Shown here: positions 38,666 to 51,914 of the stretch, piece after piece
Numbering within the stretch: position 1 is the stretch's first letter
Layout of the letters: each line of letters starts with the position of its first letter
Assembly (NCBI RefSeq): GCF_030684315.1
Contig: NC_081354.1
Coordinates: 19,400,226 to 19,464,225, forward strand
Direction of reading: 5' to 3'
Source: Stegostoma tigrinum
Taxonomy: Eukaryota
DNA: 64,000 nt
Program-made: the position numbers and the translations under genes
Notes under the pieces: generated by a model
What the model was told of the DNA's origin: nothing
Database searches by the model: none
The model's input: the letters and a program-made list of their open reading frames with translations, nothing else

Positions 38666-38896
38666 ATGCATCCAACCTGTCCAGTTGTTGTGGAAGGCCC
38701 ACCATCTGAGGGATCCTCAATCTCTTATCAAGGCCTCACATCTGCTCCTGAAATGTCTCTCTTTCAAGCTTTGGGTCCAGTGCAGACCTGGTTAGGACAA
38801 GAATTGGAGAAATGTGGGATTGATGCCATGATCTACACACGATATGTCCTCAGTCTTCTGCTTCATGACAGTTATGACTATGACTTGCAGGAACAG
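38666..38896 (+). CDS. KIAA0232: KIAA0232 orthologue, first coding exon (77 codons)
   Basis: MHPTCPVVVEGPPSEGSS...ALGPVQTWLGQELEKCGIDAMIYTRYVLSLLLHDSYDYDLQEQ, recognised as the conserved KIAA0232 N-terminus; phase-0 donor CAG|GTATGC. Confidence 0.93.
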
Positions 38897-41800
38897 GTAT
38901 GCAATTACATTACTCAAAATGAGATTAGTGTTCAAATGATTTGTTGAGAGTTCCCCGATCATGAAATGAGGTGTTTCCATGGTTTAACGTTGTGATTCAG
39001 AACATTGAATGTTATGTTAAAACAAATTTACATTGAAAAATTGTCTAAGCTAGATTTTTTTCCTGCAACTGCTTCACCGATGAAGCAGTTTATTTGCGTT
39101 AATTTATTGATGGTTCTCTCGAATGCTAACCACAATACAAGAGTTAATGTTTGTTAGCTATCAGATGCCAGTAAGTACTATTTGACATAGAATAGTTAAA
39201 TCTGGCCTCCCTCCCCACAAAACACAGTAGGCCAATTGAAAGTTTGAAAATTGAGATTGGTTGTTTTTTTTCTCTCTCAGCAAGAGTGTTGGTTACAGAA
39301 TCAAGATGATCACATGGAGTTGAACTACAGATTGGCTGTGAATTTGTTGAATAGCAGAACAGGCTCTGTTCCACTGTTCTGGAAGTTTTGGAATATAACA
39401 TTTAACCTATCAGTGCCAAAATTTACCTCTAGTGTATTGTTTCTATTTGGAACTTTTTAACTTACCTGTTCTGTAATTGAGAGCTATCTACATCCTTCTG
39501 CAGGCTCCTTACGTTGTCTTTACAAAATGCTTTTCTTTCTAACTTGCTCCTGCAAATTTCACGACCATATCTTTGCTCCCTATCTAAGTCATTGCAGAAA
39601 ATTGTAAGAAGTTGAGCCCCTAGCATGACGCCTGCAGATTTCCATTCATCATGCCCTGCCAATCAGCTGAGACTGACTGACTTACTCATACTCATGTATT
39701 ACCCAATGAGCTTTTATGTTTTGCAAAAGCATTTGTTGTGGCACATTGTCAAACAGAAGTCCAAGTACAGCTCACCTACCCACTCCCTTTTATCCATTGT
39801 ACTTTGTTGTGTGTAAATCACCACAAGTTATCATTAATTTGGCTATTTAATCAGAAATCTCTCAGACAATCAAGTACGGAAACAATGATTTAAACTTGAT
39901 ATTGCATGTCGGAACCAAAATAATACTTCTCAAGTGAGCAAGTTAAGCTTTACAACATGGTTTAACATGGCTTTTATGCAATTAATGTCCGTCTCTGGAA
40001 ATGTCCATAGTTTGATCTTTATGCAGTGTTCTTCTTCGAAGTTCTGCTACTGAATTGTTACGATGTTGGATTTTTACAATTTTCTCTTTCAGTAGTGTGA
40101 CGTGATATTATTGATGATTCAGTAGATTCTTTCATCCCTAACATTGATTACTTTTCTGGTCTACAGTTTGCTGCCTTATCAGAATTAATTGCAGTTCTTT
40201 GTTAGGTTCTGAGTTAGCTGTCTGCTTAAAAGACAGCTTTTCCTGCAATTAACCCCTTTTATTTCAGGTTCTTTATTGTTTAGGCAGACCTATTTGGCCA
40301 TTTGTCATGAGTTAGATTACCAAGCAGCGTTATGTTCTCTTCCCCAGGAAACAGTTCATTGTTTCACCTCCTTCCCAGGGATGGTTAATTTGCATGCAGT
40401 TGTTTAATTCCTTTATTACAGCTTCTCCTTTTCCTTCACATCTTGAGAAACTTTATTCTAGAAAGAATTATTGCTGGTTCTTTGAATCCATGAAGTTTAA
40501 GGTTTGACGTTTTACAGTATGACATGTTACTCCTTCAAAGAAATTGAATCAAATGGTTAAGCATGACATTTCCCTTCCCGAATCCACGATGACTCTCACG
40601 ATTATCTTGAGTTGCTCTTGGTGAGCGGTGTTGAAGACGTAATGATCCATTATAACACCTTTCCCATAACACAAGTCAGCCTCACTCTCCTAGATCTTGT
40701 TTATTCATGCTCCCTTATTCAAATATAAGGATTATGTATGAACTTTGCAATCTTACCAAGCCTTTTCTGATTCATAGGGATTTTCCCTATTCTAATTTCT
40801 TTGTCTTTATTTAATCTATCATTGCCATCCTTGTATAATCTGATCAACCATGTGATCTGCCACTCAGTTTTGTGCAGTTCTCTGCTTTTCCCTCAAGTTT
40901 GATTCTTGCCCTAAATACTGTAGATTTGGGTACTTCCTTTAGGATTTTCCTCGAGACGAGGAATATACTTATTGTCTGTTTTGAGAGATCCCCTTAAAAG
41001 TGTGCCACTCTGAATTTCAAACTCGTTATGGCTGCTACTACGTAAGAGTGCCTTTTACTCAGAGGTCTTCACTTAATCCTGTCACATTACACAATTCCAA
41101 ATCCAATATAACCTACACTCTAGTCAGTTCAAGGACCTGCTGTTCTAAGGAAATGTCTTGAAGATTATCTGTCTGCTTCGATATTCATACCAGTAAAGGC
41201 CTGTACTCAATATTTAGTATTTTATTATTTTCATGACTTTTGAAGCAATGGAAATAAAAATAGAAGCCAGAATAGAGATGGCCATATGTTCTATACAGTC
41301 AATGTGTTCATTGAAATGTGTGTTCTCCTTGCCTGTAGTACTGCTGTTTGTTTAATATCCAAATTTTTGTTGATATTTATCTACTTGTAGATATTCATCC
41401 CAGTTTGCTTGGGAAATGTCCTAAATTTTACTTGAATTTGTCCCAGTTGTTAACTTGACATGTTGTTCTGAATTAACCTTTATTAATTTTATTTCAGGGA
41501 CATCTCTTTTAGAAGATGGTTCCTTGTTTGTCTCATTGTTAAAAATCCTTTTCTAATGACTACATCCTTTGACATTATGAATCAAAATCGTGATTCTTGT
41601 GTGCACCACTTTGCGTTTGTATTTCCCTGTGCCTCTGTAGTCAAGTGTGTATGGTATGTTCAACAGATGGCCTTAAATTTTACATTTCAACTTTCATGAT
41701 TTATTGCTGTTTTCAGTTATTGGAGATAGTAGTATATTTGAGTCGGTTATCATTCTTAATATCTTGCACTGCTTAAAGAAAAGTGTTTCTCATCTTTTTC

Positions 41801-43399
41801 TCTTCTCACACATATTACCTTAGATTTATCAGTATTGAATTCCTGTTGTTGGAGTTGTATTCACTTGAGAATTTTGTCTAGATCCTTTTGTAGTTCCTTA
41901 GACTCAGTTGCTCTACCTAATTTTATTGTGATGTGAAAATCTGGCAGTTAATAATTGAGTACAATTATTGTCTCTCGGAAGACAAGGACATCTGCAGGTT
42001 CTCCCATCAGATGATGAAAGATATCTGCAGTGTCCTGTTGAAAGACCTGACATCAATAACTGGAAGTGAGCTTCAGCACAAGGTAGATCACTGTTGGCTT
42101 GTTTGCTAGAATTAGTAATTATGCAAACTTCCCCTGTAGTGACAGTCAAAATGATCAAGGACTTTGATTTGCCTCTCTTGCTTAGTTCTCCCCTGCAAAT
42201 GCAGCGTGCCATTGATCCAACAGCTGCTATGGGGCATTTTATTAACTAAAAGGAATATTCTTTGTTCACTGCACAGCCAGTGTACAATCACAAATAGAGG
42301 GGTGTGCAGACTTGGGTCACACTTACTGTGAGCTGTCATGTTCCCTTCATACCGAAGCACTCCAACATCTTTAGTCCTGATTTTAAGGACCGGTTCATTC
42401 GGCGACAAGTTCTCCCACTTCAGACTTGGTCCATGATATTGATGGGTAACTCTGCCAATCATGGCTGTTACATGAACCATGTGATCACATTGAGCAATCA
42501 TTTAGGAAGGTGAGGATGATGCTGTGACAAGGCTAGAAGTTCCCTTCACTTGAGGCTGCAAGAATGATAGTGATGTATTGTACAACATCTCTCAGCTGAG
42601 ACAATTGCAGGCGAAGGAGGATGTGGGGGCTTGTCACTCTCTTCTGAATGAGGAGAACATGGAGAATAAACAAGAAAGTGAAAATAGGATGTCTTAACCA
42701 GACCAGCAACTTGCATTGTTGCTAGGTATATCGTCTTATTATTTCACTGACTTTGTTTCACAATAGGTGTATGTGGTTCACTACGACCGCTTTAGAGCTA
42801 AGCCCTCGTCTTTGCATTACATAGTCTTTCAACCAGAAATCAGTCATTGCACAACTGTCTGTCGAGCAAGTGACAATAGAGTTTGTCTTCAGATGTGGAA
42901 GTGATAAGAAATTGAGGCATCATGTTGGAGAGAACACAGCATAATATTTGGCCAAAATATTTTGCAAATTAGTTTCTTTAACTTATTACTTCCTGGTTTT
43001 TGGTATGTTGTGTGTCATATGAGGCTTCAGTTGAGTTTGGAGACAGGCTGCTTAGATCTGTCCTGTAGGCTCCTCAGACCATGTTGTCCTATACTTGGTT
43101 TAATTTTTCAGCCCAATCATATTGAGCTTCCCATGTATCTGAGCAAGGACAGACTCTGCCATCATTCAGTTTGCTACCAAGATGAGGCATGGGCAACCGT
43201 TGATAACTGTGTATGTGTTTTGAATGGATTCCAGGCTCCTTTTTTTTTCACCGTTATCCTTCTGAGATTGCAACCTAATGAATTTCTGGTTGAAAGATTT
43301 GATATTTAGTCCGGTGGCTGAAACTTAATTTGCAAAAAATAAACCTGTGATTACAATACAGAAACATAAAAGCTGAGTACCGCAGATGCTGGAGATCTC

Positions 43400-43789
43400 T
43401 GTATTATGGACCAGACCAAATCTCCTCAAAATATATTAAAATGATAGCCTAGACCCCAATTTTTTTTCTTAAAGGCAAATTCTTGAAAATAGATTATCTC
43501 ACATGCACAGTTTCTCCAGTCCAGGAGGAAAGAACATAGAGAAAGTTCAGAGAGAGAACTGAAGCATTTTACAGTAGCAGGAAGAGATGTATAACAGCCA
43601 CTGAAAGTTCAGCTAAATTCCTGGCTCTGAGACCTTGACCTCACTTCCTTCATGGTGCTTTCAGAAAAAAATACGAAGCTTACTACATTGCTCAGTTCAC
43701 AGCAGGCAGCTCATCCCCCTAATTTACAATACTTTCTTTCAAAAGAAACATGACAGAACAAATCTTTCCAAAAGGCACAGCTTGTAACA
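43400..43789. mobile_element. Possible solo LTR inserted into an old Penelope-type 3' fragment (host pieces ~43365-43399 and 43790-43850)
   Basis: TGTATTATGGACCAGACC...CTTGTAACA has TG..CA termini and separates GCAGATGCTGGAGATC from AAAGTGCTGGAAAAACTC...GGCAGCATCT, which are contiguous in other copies. Confidence 0.5.
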
Positions 43790-44467
43790 TGAGATAAATG
43801 AAAAGTGCTGGAAAAACTCCGGTGTGGCAGCATCTTTGGAGAAAGAGACAGAAGAATCATATTGTACTTGTGTGTTCATTCACTCTTTCCACAGATTATA
43901 ATATGCTGATAGTTTTCTTAGTTTGAGAGTAAAATGAGAAGTCAGTATACCTTGTTGGTTATATGCGGTAATTGTCCAGAGTATGTTCTTTATTCTGTGC
44001 TTCTTAATATATGCAGCATTATTTTTCTTTTGAGGAGCCATAAGGAGTCCAGTATCAATAGGGCAATTAACTTAATATTGATGGAGAAGTTTGGAAAGTT
44101 CATAATGCAGCAAAAAGTCAATTTTTTTAAAAAAGTAATGTTCACTTGTTAAAGGTGAATCATATCTGATAAACTTGATTGCAGTCTTGGATTAAAATAA
44201 GAGTGTTGGTGGCTTGTACGAGGACTTGTAAGTAAGATTGAAGGGCCATGTAAAATATGTTGAGCATTCTAAAAAGGCATGAGATTAAATGGGCTGTGCC
44301 AGAATGGATATGAAATTAGCAAAGTTACTGAAAGCAGTGGCAAACAATTGTTTATCTGAAGAAAGGAAAGTACTCAATGTTCCTCTGGGATTGATTTTTC
44401 AGGCATGTGTTCTTTTTGAAGCATATTAAGTACTTGGCTACGAGAAAGCACGATTGGAAAGTTAGCA

Positions 44468-44650
44468 GAGATAACAAAGTGTGGAGCTGGATGAATACAG
44501 CAAGCCAAGCAGCGTCTTAGGAGCACAAAAGCAGACGTTTCGGGCCTAGACCACCTTCAGAAGGGGGGGATGGGGATAGGGTTCTGAAATAAATAAGGAG
44601 AGAGTGGAAGGCGGATCGAAGATGGATAGAGGAGAAGATAGGTGGAGAGT
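44468..44650 (-). mobile_element. Penelope family-1 tail-less arm with hammerhead-like core
   Basis: GATAACAAAGTGTGGAGCTGGATGAA...GACGTTTCGGGCCTAGACC...GATAGGTGGAGAG aligns to 15960-16135. Confidence 0.85.
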
Positions 44651-45984
44651 TGGTATCAATCAGGACCATTACAGGGCACATGAAGGTTTCAAAGCTAATA
44701 GTTGTCTGGTCAAAGAATTTAAGTATTGCTGGGAGGAGGGAAATGTGTTATATGTCCGAGCTTTTCCTCATGCTCAACAAGACATTTTTGCCGGAATGCC
44801 AATACCGATTCCATGGAAATCGAGCATTTATCTGCACGTGAAAAATGCTGATTGGTTGAATTGTGGAATCTAGAAGTGGTTTTGCCTTGGAGGGAACATT
44901 ACTTAATAGTAAGTAACTGCCAGGCTATTTTTAAATTTTAAACCAGGTGTTTGACCTTGGACGTAAGATTTGAGCAAAGAAATGTACCACCCATTGAACT
45001 GAAATGGACCTAAGGTGTCTACATGTTCTTTGTAGACAAAAAGAACATAGCCCCGTATGTTAATTAGATAATTTCCAATATGCCTGTACTAATTGCCATT
45101 CATTTGGCAAGAGTGAGCAATTTCCCCTCCTGCAGCATTCATGTTGTTAATTGTCTTGAGGTGTACATAATACAAATGTGTTTGGAACAATATTTAATTA
45201 TCAATATTGAGTGTGGGAAGCATGCTAAGTCAGCACCTCAAAAGAAAGGAGGCAGCAGGAAGGCATTCAAAAACAGAGACCATTCCTGATGCTGCATAAA
45301 TGGGAGAATAAACAGGAGCTGTGGACATAATGAAACTGCAACAGCTTAGACTTACATAGCCTGGTTTTAATTTAGTGAAATGTCCCAGGACATTGCACAA
45401 GAGCAAGTTCGTAATGAAAAGATATGTAAGGGGGTTTGAGGACTGAGGACCAGAAGGTCAAGGCAAAGGAGCAGCTTGAAATAAAAAGCAGAGATTTAGG
45501 GAGAGATTTGTGGGGCTGTAGGTAGTGTATGGGCTGAGCCCATCCACTCCAGGCAATTGCAATTTTTTTCTCTCTCCCTTTTCATCTGTTTTTATTTTGC
45601 CTTTCCTCCCTCCTGAGGGAGGCTGGAGCAGTGTTGGTAGTGACTCTGACTGACTCAGGCTGGATGCATGGATTCCTGCAGTGGTGGCAAGGTGATGGCA
45701 GAGTTAGGACTCTGGCTTTGTAGGACCAGTGTGTGGACTCCTGGAATGGTGGGGCATTGGCTGCAGCGATCGTGGAGTAGAAACTCCTGGCTGTGGTAGA
45801 TCCAGAATGGGGAGATCTGAGACAAGTCCTGGAATGGTGTTTGGGACTCTGGCTGATGAAGAAACTCTAAGTACCTTCTCTTTATTCTTCTGTTTCCCAA
45901 AATGGCACTAGATTGTGGTGACAGAATAGTTTTTAAATGTATCTCCCTCAATATATGTGGCAATAAATTCATTCTCGGACTTTA

Positions 45985-47535
45985 CAAAGCCTGTTGATAA
46001 GCTCCTTTAATGGCAGGCTGATGCAGAACGTGAAGTCACATGTGACCTGCAGTGAGCTGGTAAGATGGATACAGACCTGGCTTAGTCATTAGAAGACAGT
46101 CATGTTGGAAGGATATTTTTGTGATGGGAGGTCTGTGACCAGGTCTGCAGGGATCAGTACTGAGATCTCTGTTTGTAATACATATGAATGATGTGGAGGA
46201 GAAAGTATGTTGTCTGATTTGAAATTTTGTGGACAACTCAAAGATCCAGGGAGCTGCGGATAGTTAGAAGGATTGCCAGAGAATGTAGCAGGACATACGT
46301 ATGTTGGAGAAGTGGCAGATGGAATCTAGTCCAGACAAATGCACAGTGATGCAGTGTCTAATGCAGCAGAGAACTACAAATGGGATGGCAGAACCCTTAG
46401 CATTAATGTACAGTGGGAACTAGACATAGGGGTCTGCAGTTCCCTACAAGTGGTTAAGGTGGTCAGAAAGGTGGTTTTTTTCTTTATTCATTCATGGGAT
46501 GAGGGTATCGCTGGCTAAGCAGCATTTATTGCTGATCCCTAATTGCCCAGAGGGCAGTTCAGAGTTAACCACATTGCTGTGGGTCTGGAGTCACATGTAG
46601 ACCAGACCAGGTAAGGATGGAAGTTTAAATAAAAACAAAAAGAACTGCAGATGCTGAAAATCTGGAAAAAAGACAAAGTTGCTGCAGAAGCTCGGCTGGT
46701 CTGGCATCATCTGTGAAGGGGAAAAGCAGTTAACGTTTCGGGTCTAGTGACCCTTCCTCAAAACAGGAATGCAGTTTCTTTCCCTAAAGGGCATTAGTGA
46801 ATCAGATGGTTTATCCAACAAGCGACAACGGATTCATGGTCGTCATTTGATTCTTAATTTCAGATATTTTATTGAATTCAAATTCCACTGTTTGCTGTGG
46901 CAGGATTTGAACCTGGGTCCCCAAAATATTATCTTGTCTCTGGATTAATAGTCCAACAATAATGTCGTTAGGCCATTGCCTCCTCTCAATATATGTGGAA
47001 TATAGTGTTTTTTTAAAAAAAATTAGCAGGTCACATTTGGTTAGGCGGCATTTGGAATGTTGTGTACACTTCTGGTCACCATGCTCCTGGAACGATGTGG
47101 TTACTTTGTAGAGGATACAGAAAAGGTTCGTGAGGATGTTGCTTGGTTTGGAGGTTATTAACTATTACGTAAAAATGGACCAACTGATTTGTTTTCACTT
47201 AAATGTCAGAATGAAAGAAGCTCTCAAAATTGAGGAATGGGTAGTCAGTCTTTTTCCTGAGGTAGCAAAGCCAATTGTTAGGGACGTAGGCGTCGAGTTA
47301 AAGGGGGTAAGTTTAAGGGGGATGTGAGCAACTAGTCTTTAACAGAATGGTAACTCTCTGGAATGTGCTACCAAAGGAGCTTGTAAAAGCGATACAATAG
47401 CAGCATTTAAGAGGTGTCTTCACAAATACATGAACATGCAAGAAATAAAGTGGTACAGACCACAGAGGCAAACGGTTTTTATTCAAAAGACAGTGTTGGC
47501 ACAGACTTGGTGGGTGAAAGGGCCTGTTCCTGTGC
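45985..47535 (+). mobile_element. CR1 LINE (RT to 3' end) hosting a SINE
   Basis: GACTTTACAAAGCCTGTTGATAAG, GGGATCAGTACTGAG, AAATTTTGTGGACAACTCAAAGAT, TTGGAATGTTGTGTACACTTCTGGTCACC and CR1 3' end GACTTGGTGGGTGAAAGGGCCTGTT. Confidence 0.85.
46480..46985 (-). mobile_element. Deu-domain-type SINE with an internal Penelope family-2 fragment (46627-46765, minus)
   Basis: GCAGCATTTATTGCTGATCCCTAATTGCCC...GGGTCTGGAGTCACATGTAGACCAGACCAGGTAAGGATGG and B-box-like GGATTTGAACCTGGG; the insert is flanked by a degenerate TSD GGATGGAAGTTT / GGAATGCAGTTT. Confidence 0.75.
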
Positions 47536-48024
47536 TTCATTGTTCTTTATTCTAGTTCTTGCCGTGGCATATGCACTGTGCATGCATTTGGCTTATGGCA
47601 ACAGTGGTTTGGGTGAAGGCCCTAGGCTGTCATGAGAAAGTATATCTGCAGGTGTTGGTGGCAGTTCAGGCAGCTCTTGCTGTGTGATTGGGAACAAATT
47701 AAGCCATCCTTGGACTTGGGCCTTATTTGACCTCAGTTACTCTGCTGCCTAAGGAGCCTGGAAGATATTCAAAAGAGATCAGCCATTTGACTGAATATGC
47801 CCTGCCAGTAGGCATGGAAGTGTCCATTACCTACAGCTTTGTTCAGGTGGACTTCTGCAGCATCTCACATGCAGCTGCTTTCATTAAACTGTCCAATGCA
47901 TGCTTTTATTGATGGATAGTTAGTGTGTTTTCTTGATTCCAATAATCATTAAGCTTCACTTTGAAATGTGAAATGATATTTTTATGTACTGTACTAATTG
48001 TTCCACTCCAATTTTATGGAACAG

Positions 48025-48162
48025 GAAAATGACATCTTCTTGGGCTGGGAGAAAGGAACCACAAAGAAGTGGGGAAAAGGAAAAAAGAAGTGTTCAGATC
48101 TGAGTGTTGAGGAAATGAAGAAACAAGCTGCTGTTCAGTGTCTCCGTTCTGCTTCTGATGAA
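48025..48162 (+). CDS. KIAA0232: KIAA0232 orthologue, second coding exon (46 codons)
   Basis: ACAG|GAAAAT...GATGAA|GTAAGG; ENDIFLGWEKGTTKKWGKGKKKCSDLSVEEMKKQAAVQCLRSASDE continues in frame from DLQEQ, as in KIAA0232. Confidence 0.93.
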
Positions 48163-49057
48163 GTAAGGAACTTGGCAAATCTGAATTAAATGTTTGAAAA
48201 TTATATGTTACTAACTGCTAATTGGAGTTTTTCCCAATGCTTGTAAATTTCTAGAGGAGCATATGTGGAAATTAGCGTGGCACTTGAAATTTCCTAAACG
48301 AGTTTCCAAGGTGCTACGCCTGATATGCAGTTGTTTAAACAAGTACACGATAATTTGTGGTTATAGGTATTTTCTATCATTATACTAATCAGAGGGCAGA
48401 CAACAGATTGAATGGAAACTTTATACAGCATCGAAAAATCAGATTTCAGAGTAATAATTTGAAACTTAACGTTTTTTGTTATTGAAGATTTGTATTTTTA
48501 TTATCATCTTTGTAAAACCCCAGTAGCAAGTGTTGTTGACAATGAAGAAGTGTGAAAGTAGAATTTGAGGAATGGAAAGATGTTGTGATAATTATCCCAT
48601 TTATGATCTGATCAATACTGGTTATGGTTTGACTGGTTGCTGAGCAGAGATGTAAGGAATGTGTCATTGCATTGAGTCAAGAACTGTTACTGTTTCAGAA
48701 TATATGATCATCTCTGCATTATTCACTTTAAAATGGAATTCGTTAACAAAATATTACCCTGAAAAAGAATGTGAAGGCATAGTTTTAAATTGATGTGCGA
48801 ATGAAGCAAGGGTAATGCAAGGGAGCACCTTTTTCACACAGCGAGTAGGTGGGCAATGGAATAGATTACGTGGAATGCAGTGAAAGCAGGTTCAGTTGAG
48901 GCATTTAAAAGGACATTGGATGATATTTTGGATAGAAATGGTGTGCAAGGATATGGAGAAATGTCACAAGATTGGGACTAAATTACAAACAATGGTGCAA
49001 CTGAGCCCCATCTGTCCAGAGACAGTTCTGTGATTTGAATTAGGTTAAATAAAAAAA

Positions 49058-49390
49058 GGGCAGCATGGTGGCTCAATGGTTTAGCTCTGCCTCACAGCAC
49101 CAGAAACCCATGCTTGATTCCACGCTCGGGCAATTGCCTGTGTGGAGTTTGCACATTCTCCCCATGTCTGCCGGGTTCCCTACAACTGCTCTGGTTTCTT
49201 CACGCAGTCCAGAGATGTGCAGCAAAGGTGGTATGGCCAAACTAAATTGCCCTTACTGCCCAAAGACATTTAGGTGGATTAGACATGGGAAATGCAGGGG
49301 TAGGGGAATCAGTCTGGGTGGGATGCTGTTTGGAGGGGCAGTGTGGACTTGGCCTGTTTCTACACTGTAGGGACTCAGTGATACTCTACG
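49058..49390 (+). mobile_element. tRNA-derived SINE, HE1/V-SINE type (more diverged)
   Basis: GGCAGCATGGTGGCTCAATGG head, CTGTGTGGAGTTTGCACATTCTCCCC core, CTGTTTCTACACTGTAGGGA tail. Confidence 0.85.
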
Positions 49391-49399
49391 ATCATTGAA

Positions 49400-49810
49400 T
49401 CGGAAAATACAGAAGAGGCCCTTCAACCCATCAAGTTTGTACCAAGTTAACTATTAACTACACTAATCCCATCTCCCTATCCTCAGCCTGTAGCATTTAA
49501 TATTATGTTATTTTAAGTGCTCACCCCAGGATTTTTTAAATAAGGTTGCAAGGTTTCCTGACAGCCAGGCAGTGCTTTCCAAACCACCACCACCACCACC
49601 ACCCTCTGGGCGAAAAACATTTCCTCACATCCCCTCTATAATCACTTCACTTCTCTTTCAGTTTAAAAATATACCCCTTAATTATGGACCCTTCAGTTAA
49701 GGGAACAGCTGCTTCATATTCACACTGTACATGCTCCGAATGATCTTGAACATGACAGTCATGCCCCACTCAATTTTCTCTGCTCTAAAGGTAACACCCC
49801 AAGCTTACTT
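49400..49810 (-). mobile_element. CR1 3' fragment (minus) with a (CCA)n microsatellite at 49583-49603
   Basis: GAAGAGGCCCTTCAACCCATCAAG and GGCAGTGCTTTCCAAACCACC are reverse complements of CR1 3' motifs. Confidence 0.7.
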
Positions 49811-50100
49811 TAGTAAGATGGCCGACAAGGCTCCCCATTGCGCAATAGTTCGCAAGGTTAGATCACATGGAAAACAAGGAGACCTAGTCATTTGGACACA
49901 GAACTGACGCAAAGGTGGATGGTTGCTTGTCAGACTCTAGGCCTGTGACCAGCAGTGTGCCACCAGGATCAGTGCTGGGTCCACTGGTTTATGTCATTTA
50001 TGTAAATAATCTGGATGTGAACATAGGAGGTATGGTTAGTATGTTTGCAGGTGACAACAAGACTGTAGTGGACACCAAACAGAGTTACCTCAAAGTAAAA

Positions 50101-51043
50101 GATAACAAGGTGTGGAGCTAGATGATCACAGCAAGCCAAGCAGCATCTTAGGAGCAGGAAAGCTGACGTTGCGGGCCTAGGACATCCATCAGAAATGGGG
50201 TAGGGGAAGGGGGTTCTGAAATAAATAGGGAGAAAGGGGGAGGCGGATCGAAGATGGTTAGAGGAGAAGATATGTGGAGAGGAGGCAAAGAAGTTAGAGG
50301 CGGGGATGGAGCCAGTAAAGGTGAGTGTAGGTGGGGAGGTAGGGAGGAGATAGGTCAGACCAGGGAGGAACGACAGGTCGAGGGGGCAGGATGAGTTTAA
50401 TAGGTAGGAAATGGGGATGTGGCTTGAGGTGGGAGGAGGGGATAGGTGAGAGGAAGAACAGGTTAGGGAGGTGGGAATGAGCGGGGCTGGTTTTGGGATG
50501 CGGTGGGGAGAGGGGAGATTTTGAAGCTTGTGAACCCACATTGATACCATTGGGCCACAGGGTTCCCAAGCCGAATTCCCAAGCAGCCCAATGGTATCAA
50601 TGTGGATTTCTCAACTTCAAAATCCCCCCTTGCCCCTCCGCATCCCAAAACCAGCCCAGCTCATCCCCTCCTCCCTAACCTATTCCTCCTCTCACCTATC
50701 CTCTCCTCCCACCTCAAGCCGCACCCCCATTTACTACCTATTAACCTCATCCCACTCCCTTGACCTGTTGGTCCTCCTTAGACTGACCTATCCCCTTCCT
50801 ATCTCCCCAGCTACATTCACCTTTACTGGCTCCATCCCCACTTCCTTTAATTTGTTCTTCTCTTCTATCCATCTTCGATCTGCCTCCCCCCTATTTGTTT
50901 CAGAATCCCCTTCCCCTCTGCCATTTCTGATGAAGGGTCTTTTCCCGAAACGTCAGTTTTCCTGCCCTAAGTTGCTGTTCATCCAGCTGGCCACGCTTTG
51001 TTATCTCGGATTCTCCAGCATCTGCAGTTCCTATTATCTCTGA
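50101..51043. mobile_element. Fold-back Penelope family-1 insertion, ~450-bp arms, with TSD
   Basis: 50101-50571 (minus) mirrored by ~50585-51005 (plus) plus a tail to 51043; TSD TTACCTCAAAGTA (50085-50097) / TTACCTCCAAGTA (51052-51064). Confidence 0.9.
50927..50958 (+). ncRNA. Minimal hammerhead ribozyme-like motif (sense to KIAA0232 pre-mRNA)
   Basis: CTGATGA-AGGG TCTTTT CCC-GAAA-CGTC with intact core nucleotides; activity untested. Confidence 0.55.
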
Positions 51044-51914
51044 TACAATTTTTACCTCCAAGTACCATGGGATTTCATCAGATGGACCAATGGACTGAGG
51101 TGTAGCAGATGGTGTTTAATTTAGGTAAATGTGAGGTGCTGCATTTTGGAAAGGCAAATTGGGGCAGTACTTAGGCACTTCATGGTAATGTCTTAGGGGG
51201 TTGCTGAGAAAAGAGAGGTTGGAGTGCAGGTTTTTAGTTCCTTGAAAGTAGAGCCGCAAGTAGATCGGATAGTGAAGAAGGCAAGTGGTGTGTTTTGCTT
51301 TTATTGGTCAGTGTCAGTGAGTATAGGAGTTGGTAGGTCATGTTGCAGGTCATTGGTTAAGCCACAATTAGAATACTATGTGCAATTCTGATCTTATTAT
51401 AGGAAGGATGCGGTGGAACTTAAAAGGGTTCAGAAAAAATTTACAAGGATGTTGCCAGGGTTGGAGATTTTGAGCTGTAAGAAGACGCTGAATAATAGGT
51501 TGGGGTTATTTTCCCTGAAGTACCTGAGGTTGAGGGGTGACATTAGAGGTTTAGAAAATCATGAGGGGTATGGATAATATGAATAGTCAAGGTCTCTTTC
51601 CGGGTGTGGGCGAGTCCAAGATTAGAGGGCATCGGTTTCGGATGAAAGGAGAAGATTTATAAAGGACCTGAGGAACAACAATTTCACCCCGTAGGTGGTG
51701 CATGTATGGAACGAGTTGCCAGAGGAAGTGGTGGAGGCTGGTACAATTGTAACATTTAAAAGGCATCTGGATGGGTACGTGGGTAAGAAGGGCTTCGAGG
51801 GATGTGGGCCAAATGCTGGCAAATGAAACTAGATTTATTTCGGTTATGAGGTCAGCATGGATGAGTTTGACCGAAGGATCTGTTTCCATTGCTGTATATC
51901 TCTCTGTCTGTGTA

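Larger units (their letters stand above)
49815..51905 (+). mobile_element. CR1 LINE (RT to 3' end) interrupted by a fold-back Penelope
   Basis: ORF 49915 (VTSSVPPGSVLGPLVYVIYVNNLD...SMFAGDNK) carries the RT QGS and FADD regions; the element resumes at 51052 through to the CR1 3' UTR. Confidence 0.9.

Noticed and set aside
38897-38947. Continuation of the 93-aa ORF past 38896, and the 5'/3' extensions of ORF 47998-48189
   Set aside because: Read-through into introns; similarity to KIAA0232 stops exactly at canonical splice sites.
41900-42700. ORFs 41913-42212 and 42112-42501 as a gene or transposase
   Set aside because: No recognisable motif or splice structure; it may be an ancient transposon relic, but this cannot be supported from the sequence alone.
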